24,000 nt of DNA from Falsibacillus albus (lineage in GTDB: Bacteria > Bacillota > Bacilli > Bacillales > DSM-25281), in assembly GCF_003668575.1 (NCBI RefSeq), contig NZ_RCVZ01000016.1:1-24000 (forward strand). Reading direction: 5' to 3'. The translations under genes and the position numbers were made by a program. Below the pieces are notes generated by a model, which did no database searches, was not told where the DNA came from, and saw only the letters and a list, made by a program, of their open reading frames with translations. Below, in pieces: positions 16,335 through 23,945 of the stretch; position 1 is the first letter of the stretch, and the number at the start of each line of letters is the position of its first letter.

Positions 16335-17294
16335 TCAATGCACAATGAATGTAGAAGCATCCAGCCACTCTATATTTTTCCGAAATGATAAATCTTCATG
16401 AAGCTGAAATAAAGCTTCATCCTTCCTCTTTGCTTCTATCATACAATCGATTTCCGTTACGGTTCCATTGATTTTTTGTAAAAATCCGTAAAGCATATCT
16501 GGGTCAACATAGTCGGCATGTGCCTTATAGTGGGAAGGAGACCTTGGACTGGAAATATGAAACTTCATGGGGAGCTTAGAATGGCTCCAAGTCGCAATCG
16601 TTCGTTCCCAATCCTGCTCCCAATCGTATTCATGGTTGGCCAGGTGGTGATGCAAATCAAATACGAGCGGGATCTGGAGCTTTTCACACAAATATAAAGC
16701 ATCATGCTGTGTGTACACTGTATCATCGTTCTCCAAAAGGAGCATTTTCTGAAGGTGCGGAGCAAGGAACCCAAAGTTATGGATGAATTGTTCCATCGCT
16801 TTTTCCTTGTCTTCATAAGCCCCGCCGACATGGATGACGCATCGATGTTCGGGAGGCACACCCATTCCTCTTATCAATCTATAGTGAAGCTGAAGCGTTT
16901 TAATGGTGTTTTTCAAGATGTCAGCTTTTGAAGAAGTAAGGACAACAAAATGTTCAGGATGGAAATCGACCCTCATCGGATGGTCCTTCAGGAATTGGGC
17001 TATTTCCTTCAGCGGTGCTTCAATTCCCGTGAAATAGTCCCAGTCTTTCAGCTCGGGATGATTGGCCAGCGGAATCAATTTTGAACTGAACCTAAAGAAG
17101 TGGATATCATTTGCCGCATTATGCCTCAGCAGCCGTAGGCAGTTGTGAAGGTTTGAGGCTGCGATCCGTTCCAGCTTCCGTAGGGCAGCATCCCGATCTT
17201 TTAAAGATGAAAATTGTTTATATGTCATGGTTTGAGAAGGCGAGGAATTTTCAAGCTTCATACTCATCGCTACGTAACCTAGTCTGACTATCAC
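16335..17294 (-). CDS. uvsE: UV damage endonuclease UvsE/UvdE (319 aa)
   Basis: Colinear with remembered B. subtilis UvsE: RFSSK.IPLA.HP, FHPEHF, IH.GG.Y..K..A.E.F, LENDD..YT, FD.HHH, HISSP, HADYVD, MIEAK.KD.AL. The start is set at GTG 17294 (MIVRLGYV...) behind AAAAAAGGGGGGG-N5. The ATG at 17315 lies upstream of that SD-like run. Confidence 0.88.
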   Translation of the reverse strand: MIVRLGYVAMSMKLENSSPSQTMTYKQFSSLKDRDAALRKLERIAASNLHNCLRLLRHNAANDIHFFRFSSKLIPLANHPELKDWDYFTGIEAPLKEIAQFLKDHPMRVDFHPEHFVVLTSSKADILKNTIKTLQLHYRLIRGMGVPPEHRCVIHVGGAYEDKEKAMEQFIHNFGFLAPHLQKMLLLENDDTVYTQHDALYLCEKLQIPLVFDLHHHLANHEYDWEQDWERTIATWSHSKLPMKFHISSPRSPSHYKAHADYVDPDMLYGFLQKINGTVTEIDCMIEAKRKDEALFQLHEDLSFRKNIEWLDASTFIVH

Positions 17295-17393
17295 GAGGTC
17301 CCCCCCTTTTTTCATTTAGTATGTGCGTTGAGAGGCATTATGAAGCAGGCATTTTCAGGGGCCAACGTTAATCCGTACATATAAGCTCAGCTA

Positions 17394-17440
17394 TAAAAAA
17401 AAACGGAGCACAAACTCTTCTACGAGTTCATGCTCCGTTT
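17394..17440 (-). terminator. Rho-independent terminator after cshA
   Basis: Stem AACGGAGCA/TGCTCCGTT with inner stem AACTC/GAGTT, followed on the minus strand by a T9-10 tract. Confidence 0.85.
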
Positions 17441-17448
17441 TAAGGATA

Positions 17449-18918
17449 TTAGTAATTTTTTTGGCTCTTTCTTTGAGGACGCTTGGAAGAAGAACGCTGC
17501 TGGCCGCGGCCATTGTTTCCTTGGCCTTGTGGTTTGCCTCTTCTTCTTGATCTTTGCTGTTGTCCGCCTCTTTTATCTCCTCCGCGGTCCCTTCTTGAAG
17601 GAAGCGGCTTCTCTTCGGAGATCTTCACTGGAGAACTATCCGGCTCTTTTGTCAACAATTTCAATGATGCTGCAGCGATTTGCTCAGGAGTGTAATTCTC
17701 AAGCAATTTCTCTGCCATCTGTTGATAATCTTGCAAGGAATTCGCATCGATTGTTTCAACGATCTGATCATAAGAAGCTTTTTGAAGTCCTTCAAGAGCC
17801 TCAGACCAGGTAGGCGGACGCATAGGCGTCATACGCTTCTTCGTTGTTTGCTCAACAACTTTCAGGTAACCCATTTCACGAGGGCTTACGAATGTCATGG
17901 CCATACCTTCTTTACCTGCACGGCCGGTACGTCCGATACGGTGGACATAGCTTTCCGGATCTTGCGGGATATCGAAGTTGTAAACATGTGTTACACCTGA
18001 AATATCCAATCCGCGGGCTGCAACATCCGTTGCTACCAAGACATCGATTTTTCCTTCTTTGAACTTCTTAAGCACAAGCAATCGTTTTGCTTGACTTAGG
18101 TCACCATGAATTCCTTCAGCCATATATCCACGAAGCGACAGAGCGTTTGCCAACTCATCCACGCGGCGTTTCGTACGTCCGAATACGATCGCAAGCTCAG
18201 GGGATTGCGTATCCAACAAACGGGATAATACATCGAATTTTTCTCTTTCTTGCACTTTCACATAGAATTGCTCGATGTTCGAAACCGTCATTTCCTTCGC
18301 TTTCACGCGAACGATTTCAGGATTCTTCATGAAGCGCTCTGCGATTCGGCGGATTGGATCCGGCATAGTCGCTGAGAATAAAAGTGTTTGTCGTTCAGCT
18401 GGAACGTTTGAAAGGATGGACTCAATATCCTCTTTGAATCCCATGTTCAACATTTCATCCGCTTCATCCAAGATCAATGTATGAACATTATCTAAACGCA
18501 AAGTGCGGCGTTTGATATGATCTAGGATGCGTCCTGGAGTTCCGACAATGATGTTAGGGTTTTTCTTCAAGGCGCGGATTTGACGTTGAATGTCCGCACC
18601 GCCGTACACTGCCAATACACGGGCACGGCTGTCTTGCCCTACTTTATATAATTCCTCTGACACCTGAATTGCTAATTCACGTGTCGGAGCAATAATGATT
18701 CCTTGAACATTTTGGCTTTTTGGATCTAATTTTTCAATCAGAGGGATTCCAAATGCTGCTGTTTTCCCCGTTCCTGTCTGCGCCTGGCCGATGATATCTT
18801 TGCCCTCTAAGCTCAATGGAATCGTGCCGGCTTGGATCGGTGTTGCTTCTTCGAATCCCATTCGCTTGACAGACTTCAATGTTGACGGGCTTAAACCTAA
18901 TTCTGAAAACTTGGTCAA
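17449..18918 (-). CDS. cshA: DEAD-box ATP-dependent RNA helicase CshA (489 aa)
   Basis: All helicase motifs are present: Q (GFEEATPIQ), I ([11 protein letters not shown]), Ia (PTRELA), II (LDEADEML), III (SAT), VI ([10 protein letters not shown]). The C-terminal tail is R/G/Q-rich. TTG is the first possible start after an in-frame stop, with AAGGAG 11 nt upstream. Confidence 0.95.
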   Translation of the reverse strand: MTKFSELGLSPSTLKSVKRMGFEEATPIQAGTIPLSLEGKDIIGQAQTGTGKTAAFGIPLIEKLDPKSQNVQGIIIAPTRELAIQVSEELYKVGQDSRARVLAVYGGADIQRQIRALKKNPNIIVGTPGRILDHIKRRTLRLDNVHTLILDEADEMLNMGFKEDIESILSNVPAERQTLLFSATMPDPIRRIAERFMKNPEIVRVKAKEMTVSNIEQFYVKVQEREKFDVLSRLLDTQSPELAIVFGRTKRRVDELANALSLRGYMAEGIHGDLSQAKRLLVLKKFKEGKIDVLVATDVAARGLDISGVTHVYNFDIPQDPESYVHRIGRTGRAGKEGMAMTFVSPREMGYLKVVEQTTKKRMTPMRPPTWSEALEGLQKASYDQIVETIDANSLQDYQQMAEKLLENYTPEQIAAASLKLLTKEPDSSPVKISEEKPLPSRRDRGGDKRGGQQQRSRRRGKPQGQGNNGRGQQRSSSKRPQRKSQKNY

Positions 18919-18989
18919 TGCTATTCATTCTCCTTTTTATCATGCATTAAGTCACTACTTAATTTATAGTCACTTTTATTTTTTTATAA

Positions 18990-19020
18990 ACAAAAAAAGA
19001 CACCCTTCAAACGAAGAGTT
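18990..19020 (-). terminator. Probable terminator after the esterase gene
   Basis: Minus RNA is ACUCUUC-GUUU-GAAGGGU (7 bp, one G-U pair) followed by GUCUUUUUUUGUUU. Confidence 0.5.
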
Positions 19021-19076
19021 GGTTTTTAAACGTATGAATGATGTTTCTGTAATGTTACCATTAATGAAGAAGGATT

Positions 19077-19823
19077 TCAACGTGCGGACATGTTTATATT
19101 TTCTACAGTTAAAAAACAAAATATTTCGTCAAATAATGCCATTTGTTCATCACAATGACAGATTAAGTGCTTTGCGTTGGGCTCCAGCCTTAATATTTTT
19201 TGTTCGCTGGAAATTTCTTTATATAAATATTCAGCACTCTTTTTCGGCACGATTCCATCCGCTTCCCCTTGGACGATTAATGTTGGGATGGTAATTTTTC
19301 TTAGCTGAGGCCTTGATAACATAACAATCTTCCTGAATTCCCTTGTTGCAGATAGTGGCGTTTTCATTATTTTTCTTTTATATCTTAGGAAAAGTTCGTT
19401 TTTCAATAAATTACCATTAAATGTGTCGCCGATCATTTCCTTAATATCCTTGATAATTTGCGGGACATTGATGTAATAAGCAGCCGCACTTAACAAGACG
19501 AGCTTCTTGATAGGGTACTTTACCGCTAAATAGCTTGCAATCAAGCCGCCCATGGAGAATCCGATCAAATAAACTTCCTCGCATTTCCGCAGCAAGTCTT
19601 GCAAGGCCTTCTCGGCACAGTCGATCCATTCACTATGCGCCACCCCTTTTAATTGCAGCGTTTCGCCATGTCCCGGAAGCGTCGGCACAGCCACTTCCCA
19701 ATCCGTATTTCTTTTCAAGTAATCCACCAGCGGCGCCACTTCATAAGGTGCCCCTGTGAATCCATGGATACAAAGACATCCAATCATATCATCACCATAA
19801 TCAATAAATTTTTGAAAAATCAA
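19077..19823 (-). CDS. Alpha/beta-hydrolase carboxylesterase (about 236-248 aa)
   Basis: HGFTG oxyanion region and the GFSMGG nucleophile elbow (GxSxG), with the general layout of Bacillus Est/YvaK-type esterases. The start is uncertain: TTG 19823 has a poor SD, and ATG 19787 (MIGCLCIHGF) follows GGTGAT. Confidence 0.8.
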   Translation of the reverse strand: MIFQKFIDYGDDMIGCLCIHGFTGAPYEVAPLVDYLKRNTDWEVAVPTLPGHGETLQLKGVAHSEWIDCAEKALQDLLRKCEEVYLIGFSMGGLIASYLAVKYPIKKLVLLSAAAYYINVPQIIKDIKEMIGDTFNGNLLKNELFLRYKRKIMKTPLSATREFRKIVMLSRPQLRKITIPTLIVQGEADGIVPKKSAEYLYKEISSEQKILRLEPNAKHLICHCDEQMALFDEIFCFLTVENINMSAR

Positions 19824-19913
19824 TGTACATCGGCTATCCTCAGGTCAGGTGAAGGAAATCTTTCAATTATTTCTTTATATGCCCATTCCTCAGCCGAAAG
19901 GAGACGCATTTAA

Positions 19914-20663
19914 ATGTTCAAAGCCATACTCTTCGACCTTGACGGGACCCTCCATGACAGGCACGCGACCATCAAAAGCTTTATCTCGGATCAACACCGC
20001 AGACTCCTCATACATACTGAACTGGACGAAAAAACGTATTTGGATACCTTCATTCGCCTTGAGAACAACGGCTACGTATGGAAGGACCAAGTGTACAAGC
20101 AGCTGACCGAAGAATTCAGCCTCTCTGCGCCATGGGAACAATTATTGAATGACTATGTGGAGCGTTCGCCATCCCATGCACAGTCCTTTGAAGGTATTTT
20201 GCCCATGCTGAAACAATTGAAACAGCATTACAAATTGGGTCTGATTACAAACGGAAAGTCCAAGGTTCAGAAAGGCTGCCTGGAAATATTGGGTTTGACA
20301 GAATTTTTCCACTGCACGGTCATTTCAGAAGAGGTCAATGTGAAAAAACCTGAACCAGAAATCTTTTATCACGCTTTGAATCTGCTTAACATCGAACCGC
20401 ATCAAGCCATTTACGTCGGCGATCATCCGGCAAACGACATCCAGGCTGCCCACGAAATTGGCATGAAAACAATTTGGATTGACAACGGCATATATGATCG
20501 ACCATCAAAAGCTGATTGGATCACCGATGAGGTTCGCTGCATCCCAGAAATCTTGGAGACTGCAGGGGTGTTTCCATTTATAGAGAATTTACGTCGTTCT
20601 TACTATCCTCATCCGGCAACAATGTTCCTTTTAATAAAAGCAGATCTCAAAAAGGCTTTTTGA
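19914..20663 (+). CDS. HAD-superfamily hydrolase (249 aa)
   Basis: Motif I FDLDGTL, motif II ITNG, motif IV YVGDHPANDI. ATG is preceded by AAAGGAG-N10. Confidence 0.85.
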   Translation: MFKAILFDLDGTLHDRHATIKSFISDQHRRLLIHTELDEKTYLDTFIRLENNGYVWKDQVYKQLTEEFSLSAPWEQLLNDYVERSPSHAQSFEGILPMLKQLKQHYKLGLITNGKSKVQKGCLEILGLTEFFHCTVISEEVNVKKPEPEIFYHALNLLNIEPHQAIYVGDHPANDIQAAHEIGMKTIWIDNGIYDRPSKADWITDEVRCIPEILETAGVFPFIENLRRSYYPHPATMFLLIKADLKKAF

Positions 20664-20674
20664 GATCTGCAAAA
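20636..20674. terminator. Shared hairpin terminator between convergent HAD (+) and murF (-)
   Basis: Perfect 14-bp inverted repeat GCAGATCTCAAAAA/TTTTTGAGATCTGC at 20640-20670, containing the HAD stop codon. It is followed on the minus strand by TTTTATTAAAA. No U tract follows on the plus strand. Confidence 0.65.
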
Positions 20675-20689
20675 TCTGCATACAACTCG

Positions 20690-22069
20690 TTAATTCTTTA
20701 GCGCCTCGACTACCTCTTCCAGTTTCATTCCTCTGGATGCTTTGACAACAACCAGGTCATTCTTGCCTAGCTTTTTCTTCAATAAGTTGATTAAACCTTC
20801 TTTATCTTCAAAGGCATGTACAGCATTTTCAGAAAAATTCTGTTTTGCACCTTCGGCAATAAAGCGGCTCAATGGACCAAACGTAAACACTTCATCGATT
20901 TTATCCGGATGAATGGTTTTCCCGACCTCAGTATGGAATTGCTTCTCCATATCGCCAAGCTCAAGCATATCTCCGAGCACCAAAAATTTATTCCGACAGC
21001 CCTCAAATTCTTCCGCCATTTTGATCGCTGCCCTCATGGAAGTGGGGCTGGCATTGTAAGCATCGTTAATAATGACTGATTCCTTCATTCCGGTTAGTCT
21101 TTCCATTCTCATGGACGTCAGTTTAAGTCCCGAAATTCCTTTAACCAATTGTTCCGCAGAAAGTCCCAGGCGATGGCCGATAATCAAAGCCGACATCGCA
21201 TTCATGACATTATGCTCGCCAAGCACGGGTACATCGAACTCAGTCTCCGGCAAAATGTTCACGCCAAATCTTGTCCCACTGTCAGTTGGTTTTAAATGAA
21301 TTGGATAAACATCATTTTCTTTCGAACGTCCAAACGATTGGGTCTGATAAGGAAGTGGCTTGTTCAAACGACTAGTCAACAGCGGCTCATCTCCGAAATA
21401 AATCAAAACCCCATCTTCGTCAAGGCCTTCCGCAATCTCGAGCTTCGCTTCGGCAATCCCTTCCCGCGAACCCAAGTCCTGTAAATGGGACTCACCGATG
21501 TTGGTAATGACTGCAAAATCAGGTTTCGCCAATTTTGTGAGAAATTCGATTTCTCCCCTTCCACTCATGCCCATTTCAAGTACGGCCACTTCAGTGGTTT
21601 CCTTGAGTGACAACAGCGTAAGCGGAAGTCCGAGGTGGTTATTATAATTCCCTTCCGTCTTTTGAACGGCATACTTCTGCGAGAGTATAGAATAAATCAT
21701 ATCCTTGGTAGAAGTTTTCCCATTGCTTCCCGTCACTCCCACTACCTTCAAATCCAACTGATTCCGATAGGATTTTGACAATTCCTGCACTGCAATCAAT
21801 GAGCTGTCCACTATGAGAATCGGTAAATCCTCTGGAGGATTGGGAACCTCTTTTTCCCAAAGTGCGGCACTTGCCCCTTTTTCAAAAGCATCCCTGACCA
21901 TGGTATGACCATCTACTTTTTCCCCTTTAAAAGGCACGAATAAGTTGCCTTGTTCAATTTTGCGGGTATCAATGCAAACCCCGCTGATTTCTACATCTCC
22001 AAACCTATCCAGGATATCCCTATCAAACTCGAACATCTCCGCCAGCTGCTCCAAAGACCTTTTTATCAT
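20690..22069 (-). CDS. murF: UDP-N-acetylmuramoyl-tripeptide--D-alanyl-D-alanine ligase MurF (about 459 aa)
   Basis: GVTGSNGKTSTKDM P-loop, LEMGMS, ITNIGESHLQDLGSREGIAEAKLEI, NDAYNASPTSM, LGDMLELG, ASRGMKLEE. The start is set at ATG 22069 (MIKRSLEQ...) by homology with B. subtilis MIKRT.... ATG 22078 is also possible; 22108 is unsupported. Confidence 0.93.
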   Translation of the reverse strand: MIKRSLEQLAEMFEFDRDILDRFGDVEISGVCIDTRKIEQGNLFVPFKGEKVDGHTMVRDAFEKGASAALWEKEVPNPPEDLPILIVDSSLIAVQELSKSYRNQLDLKVVGVTGSNGKTSTKDMIYSILSQKYAVQKTEGNYNNHLGLPLTLLSLKETTEVAVLEMGMSGRGEIEFLTKLAKPDFAVITNIGESHLQDLGSREGIAEAKLEIAEGLDEDGVLIYFGDEPLLTSRLNKPLPYQTQSFGRSKENDVYPIHLKPTDSGTRFGVNILPETEFDVPVLGEHNVMNAMSALIIGHRLGLSAEQLVKGISGLKLTSMRMERLTGMKESVIINDAYNASPTSMRAAIKMAEEFEGCRNKFLVLGDMLELGDMEKQFHTEVGKTIHPDKIDEVFTFGPLSRFIAEGAKQNFSENAVHAFEDKEGLINLLKKKLGKNDLVVVKASRGMKLEEVVEALKN

Positions 22070-22163
22070 TCGCTTCATTCTCTCCTTTAAACAATGGCTT
22101 ATATACACAAGAGGCTGCCCTTTATGTGCTTTTGCTTTTTTCAGGGCGGCCTCTATCTATTAA

Positions 22164-23231
22164 TTACATTGTATGCTTAATATTTTGTTTATCTTCGTGG
22201 CGTTCTTTCGCCAAAGCAACGAGTTTTTCGATAAGCTCAGGATACTCAACCCCTGTATGCTTCCAAAGAAGCGGGAACATACTGAATGGAGTAAATCCAG
22301 GCATCGTGTTTACTTCGTTGATAAGAATTCTCCCTTCCTTGGTTAGGAAAAAGTCTGCACGTACAAGACCTGAGTTATCGAGTGCTTTGTAAGCATCAAC
22401 AGCCATGTCTTTCATGGCTGAATACGTCTCATCATCGATATCAGCAGGGATGATCAGGGCTGTATCGCCGTCTTCGTATTTGGCTTTATAGTCGTAAAAA
22501 TCCTTTTTGGGGACAATCTCCCCTGCAACAGAGCATTCCGGTGCATCGTTGCCCATGACGCCAATCTCGATTTCCCTTGCTGTTACACCCTCCTCTATGA
22601 TGATTTTGCGATCGAATTGGAAGGCTTCTTCAAAGGCTTGCGCTAATTCATCCCGATTTGTACATTTGCTGATGCCGACACTTGATCCCAAGTTGGCGGG
22701 CTTTACAAAACAAGGATACCCAAGAGCTTCCTCCACTTCGGAATAGGCATTCTCCGGATTCTGCTTCCAAGTCTGGCGTACGAACCATACGTATTTGACT
22801 TGCTCCAAGCCTGCCTGGGCAAATAGGTTTTTCATGATGACCTTATCCATGCCGGCTGCGGATGCAAGAACACCATTTCCTACATAAGGAAGATTCAATA
22901 ACTCAAGCATGCCTTGAACGGTTCCATCCTCGCCATTCGGGCCATGTAAGAGAGGGAAAATGACATCTGAATCAGAATCGGTATTTGTCAGAGCAACCGC
23001 AAGCGCATTCGGCGCGACAGCATCCCCTTCACTGAATTCAAGCTCTTTAACCGTTTCGACCGGTCCATTTAATAAGGGGCCTTTTATCCACTGGCCTTCA
23101 GTCGTGATAAAGATTGGCTGTATCTCATACTTTGCTGGATCCAATGCTTGGATCACAGCTTTTGCTGTTTGCAAGGATACTTTATGTTCAGCGGATTTCC
23201 CGCCATATAATAAACTAAGTTTTGTTTTCAT
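22164..23231 (-). CDS. ddl: D-alanine--D-alanine ligase (355 aa)
   Basis: [101 protein letters not shown] 23231 is preceded by GGAGGT-N4. The tracked TTG at 23243 lies inside the SD. Confidence 0.95.
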   Translation of the reverse strand: MKTKLSLLYGGKSAEHKVSLQTAKAVIQALDPAKYEIQPIFITTEGQWIKGPLLNGPVETVKELEFSEGDAVAPNALAVALTNTDSDSDVIFPLLHGPNGEDGTVQGMLELLNLPYVGNGVLASAAGMDKVIMKNLFAQAGLEQVKYVWFVRQTWKQNPENAYSEVEEALGYPCFVKPANLGSSVGISKCTNRDELAQAFEEAFQFDRKIIIEEGVTAREIEIGVMGNDAPECSVAGEIVPKKDFYDYKAKYEDGDTALIIPADIDDETYSAMKDMAVDAYKALDNSGLVRADFFLTKEGRILINEVNTMPGFTPFSMFPLLWKHTGVEYPELIEKLVALAKERHEDKQNIKHTM

Positions 23232-23264
23232 GTTGACCTCCAAAATGACATTTGAGATGTATCT

Positions 23265-23273
23265 ATTTTATCA
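23265..23273 (-). promoter_or_regulatory. Extended -10 element (TGaTAAAAT), candidate proximal promoter of ddl-murF
   Basis: Minus strand reads aagTGaTAAAATag about 35 nt upstream of the ddl ATG. There is no clear -35. Confidence 0.3.
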
Positions 23274-23419
23274 CTTTCACCCAAAAGAGAAAGAAGCATT
23301 GCGCATTTTGTAATAAAAAAGTAATCAAGCCCGCTATCCTATGACAATCACCTAAATAGAGCCTACTATATCCATATGACTCACTTACAAAATGGAAGCT
23401 TATCTTTTTTGTTAATTCT

Positions 23420-23446
23420 ATACCCTTTTATATTTGGCAATCAAAC
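23420..23446 (-). promoter_or_regulatory. Sigma-B-type promoter candidate (GTTTGA-N15-GGGTAT) upstream of ddl
   Basis: Minus strand reads GTTTGAttgccaaatataaaaGGGTAT. The -10 is perfect and the -35 matches 5 of 6 positions of GTTTAA. Confidence 0.35.
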
Positions 23447-23629
23447 GCTCAATTAGTTTCATTGATCCTCGGCATGAGTAAATTCGGCTTTCTGAAAGGG
23501 GCATCCTCCATCGGAAATCAACTATCCAATATTTTTAGCAGAATAGCTTTATTACGGTCTATTTTCTCGAAAATTGTTTTATTTAACATTTTTTCCTAAA
23601 TTCCTTTAAAAACATTTCATCATCTGAAG

Positions 23630-23811
23630 TTGATTGGAGCAGCAGGTGCGAGACTCCAGAGGGATCAGCGGGTCAGGGGAGACCCCGCTGCGGAGCGAGG
23701 AGAGATTAGGCGGATGTTCGATTAAGTTCGGCACGTCGTGTGCCAACATCGAACGACCTCACTTCGTGTGAGGCCCCTCGGAAAGCGAGCACCCTGCTGC
23801 GGAAATTGACC
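23630..23811 (+). repeat. Long (182-bp) copy of the GC-rich, hairpin-dense intergenic repeat family
   Basis: It shares its 5' 33 nt and 3' terminus with 16175-16235. The termini are imperfect inverted complements: GCAGCAGGTGC at 23639-23649 pairs with GCACCCTGCTGC at 23789-23800, and GAGGG at 23659-23663 pairs with CCCTC at 23775-23779. Internal hairpins lie at 23666-23690, 23716-23754, 23730-23744 and 23757-23773. Confidence 0.75.
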
Positions 23812-23868
23812 TTTTATTAACAAGATGTAAATTTGATAAAACTTGCCAATGGAGCACGGCTATTTGAA

Positions 23869-23897
23869 TTGACAAAATCTAACGTTAACGTTAGGGT
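23869..23897 (+). promoter_or_regulatory. Candidate promoter (TTGACA-N17-TAGGGT) overlapped by a perfect 16-bp palindrome operator
   Basis: TTGACA is at 23869-23874. The palindrome CTAACGTTAACGTTAG at 23879-23894 spans the spacer and the weak -10. The site is about 50 nt upstream of the MerR-like start. Confidence 0.4.
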
Positions 23898-23945
23898 TAG
23901 ATTTAGCATTTTAATTTGAATCCACAATGAGGTGATGACCATAAT

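Noticed and set aside
16064-16368. Extension of the ydbS ORF to 16243, and a 68-aa minus-strand ORF at 16162-16368
   Set aside because: Both read through the GC-rich repeat copy and the uvsE 3' end. Neither has an SD. The YdbS homolog starts at MRGSEP... with a clear GGAGGT SD.
18791-19294. 167-aa plus-strand ORF spanning the cshA 5' end, the spacer and the esterase 3' end
   Set aside because: It is antisense to two well-supported genes and crosses a terminator. It has no SD.
22960-23313. 117-aa plus-strand ORF
   Set aside because: It is antisense to the ddl 5' region, with no SD and low-complexity Ser/Thr/Ala-rich content.
23386-23466. 26-codon plus-strand ORF (MTHLQNGSLSFLLILYPFIFGNQTLN), with short minus-strand ORFs at 23430-23525
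   Set aside because: There is no SD at workable spacing; one GGAGG abuts its ATG directly. Nothing distinguishes them from random AT-rich ORFs.
23716-23730. GTTCGattaaGTTCG resembling a LexA (Cheo) box
   Set aside because: The Bacillus SOS box is the inverted repeat CGAAC-N4-GTTCG. This is a direct repeat of GTTCG with 5-nt spacing inside the repeat element.
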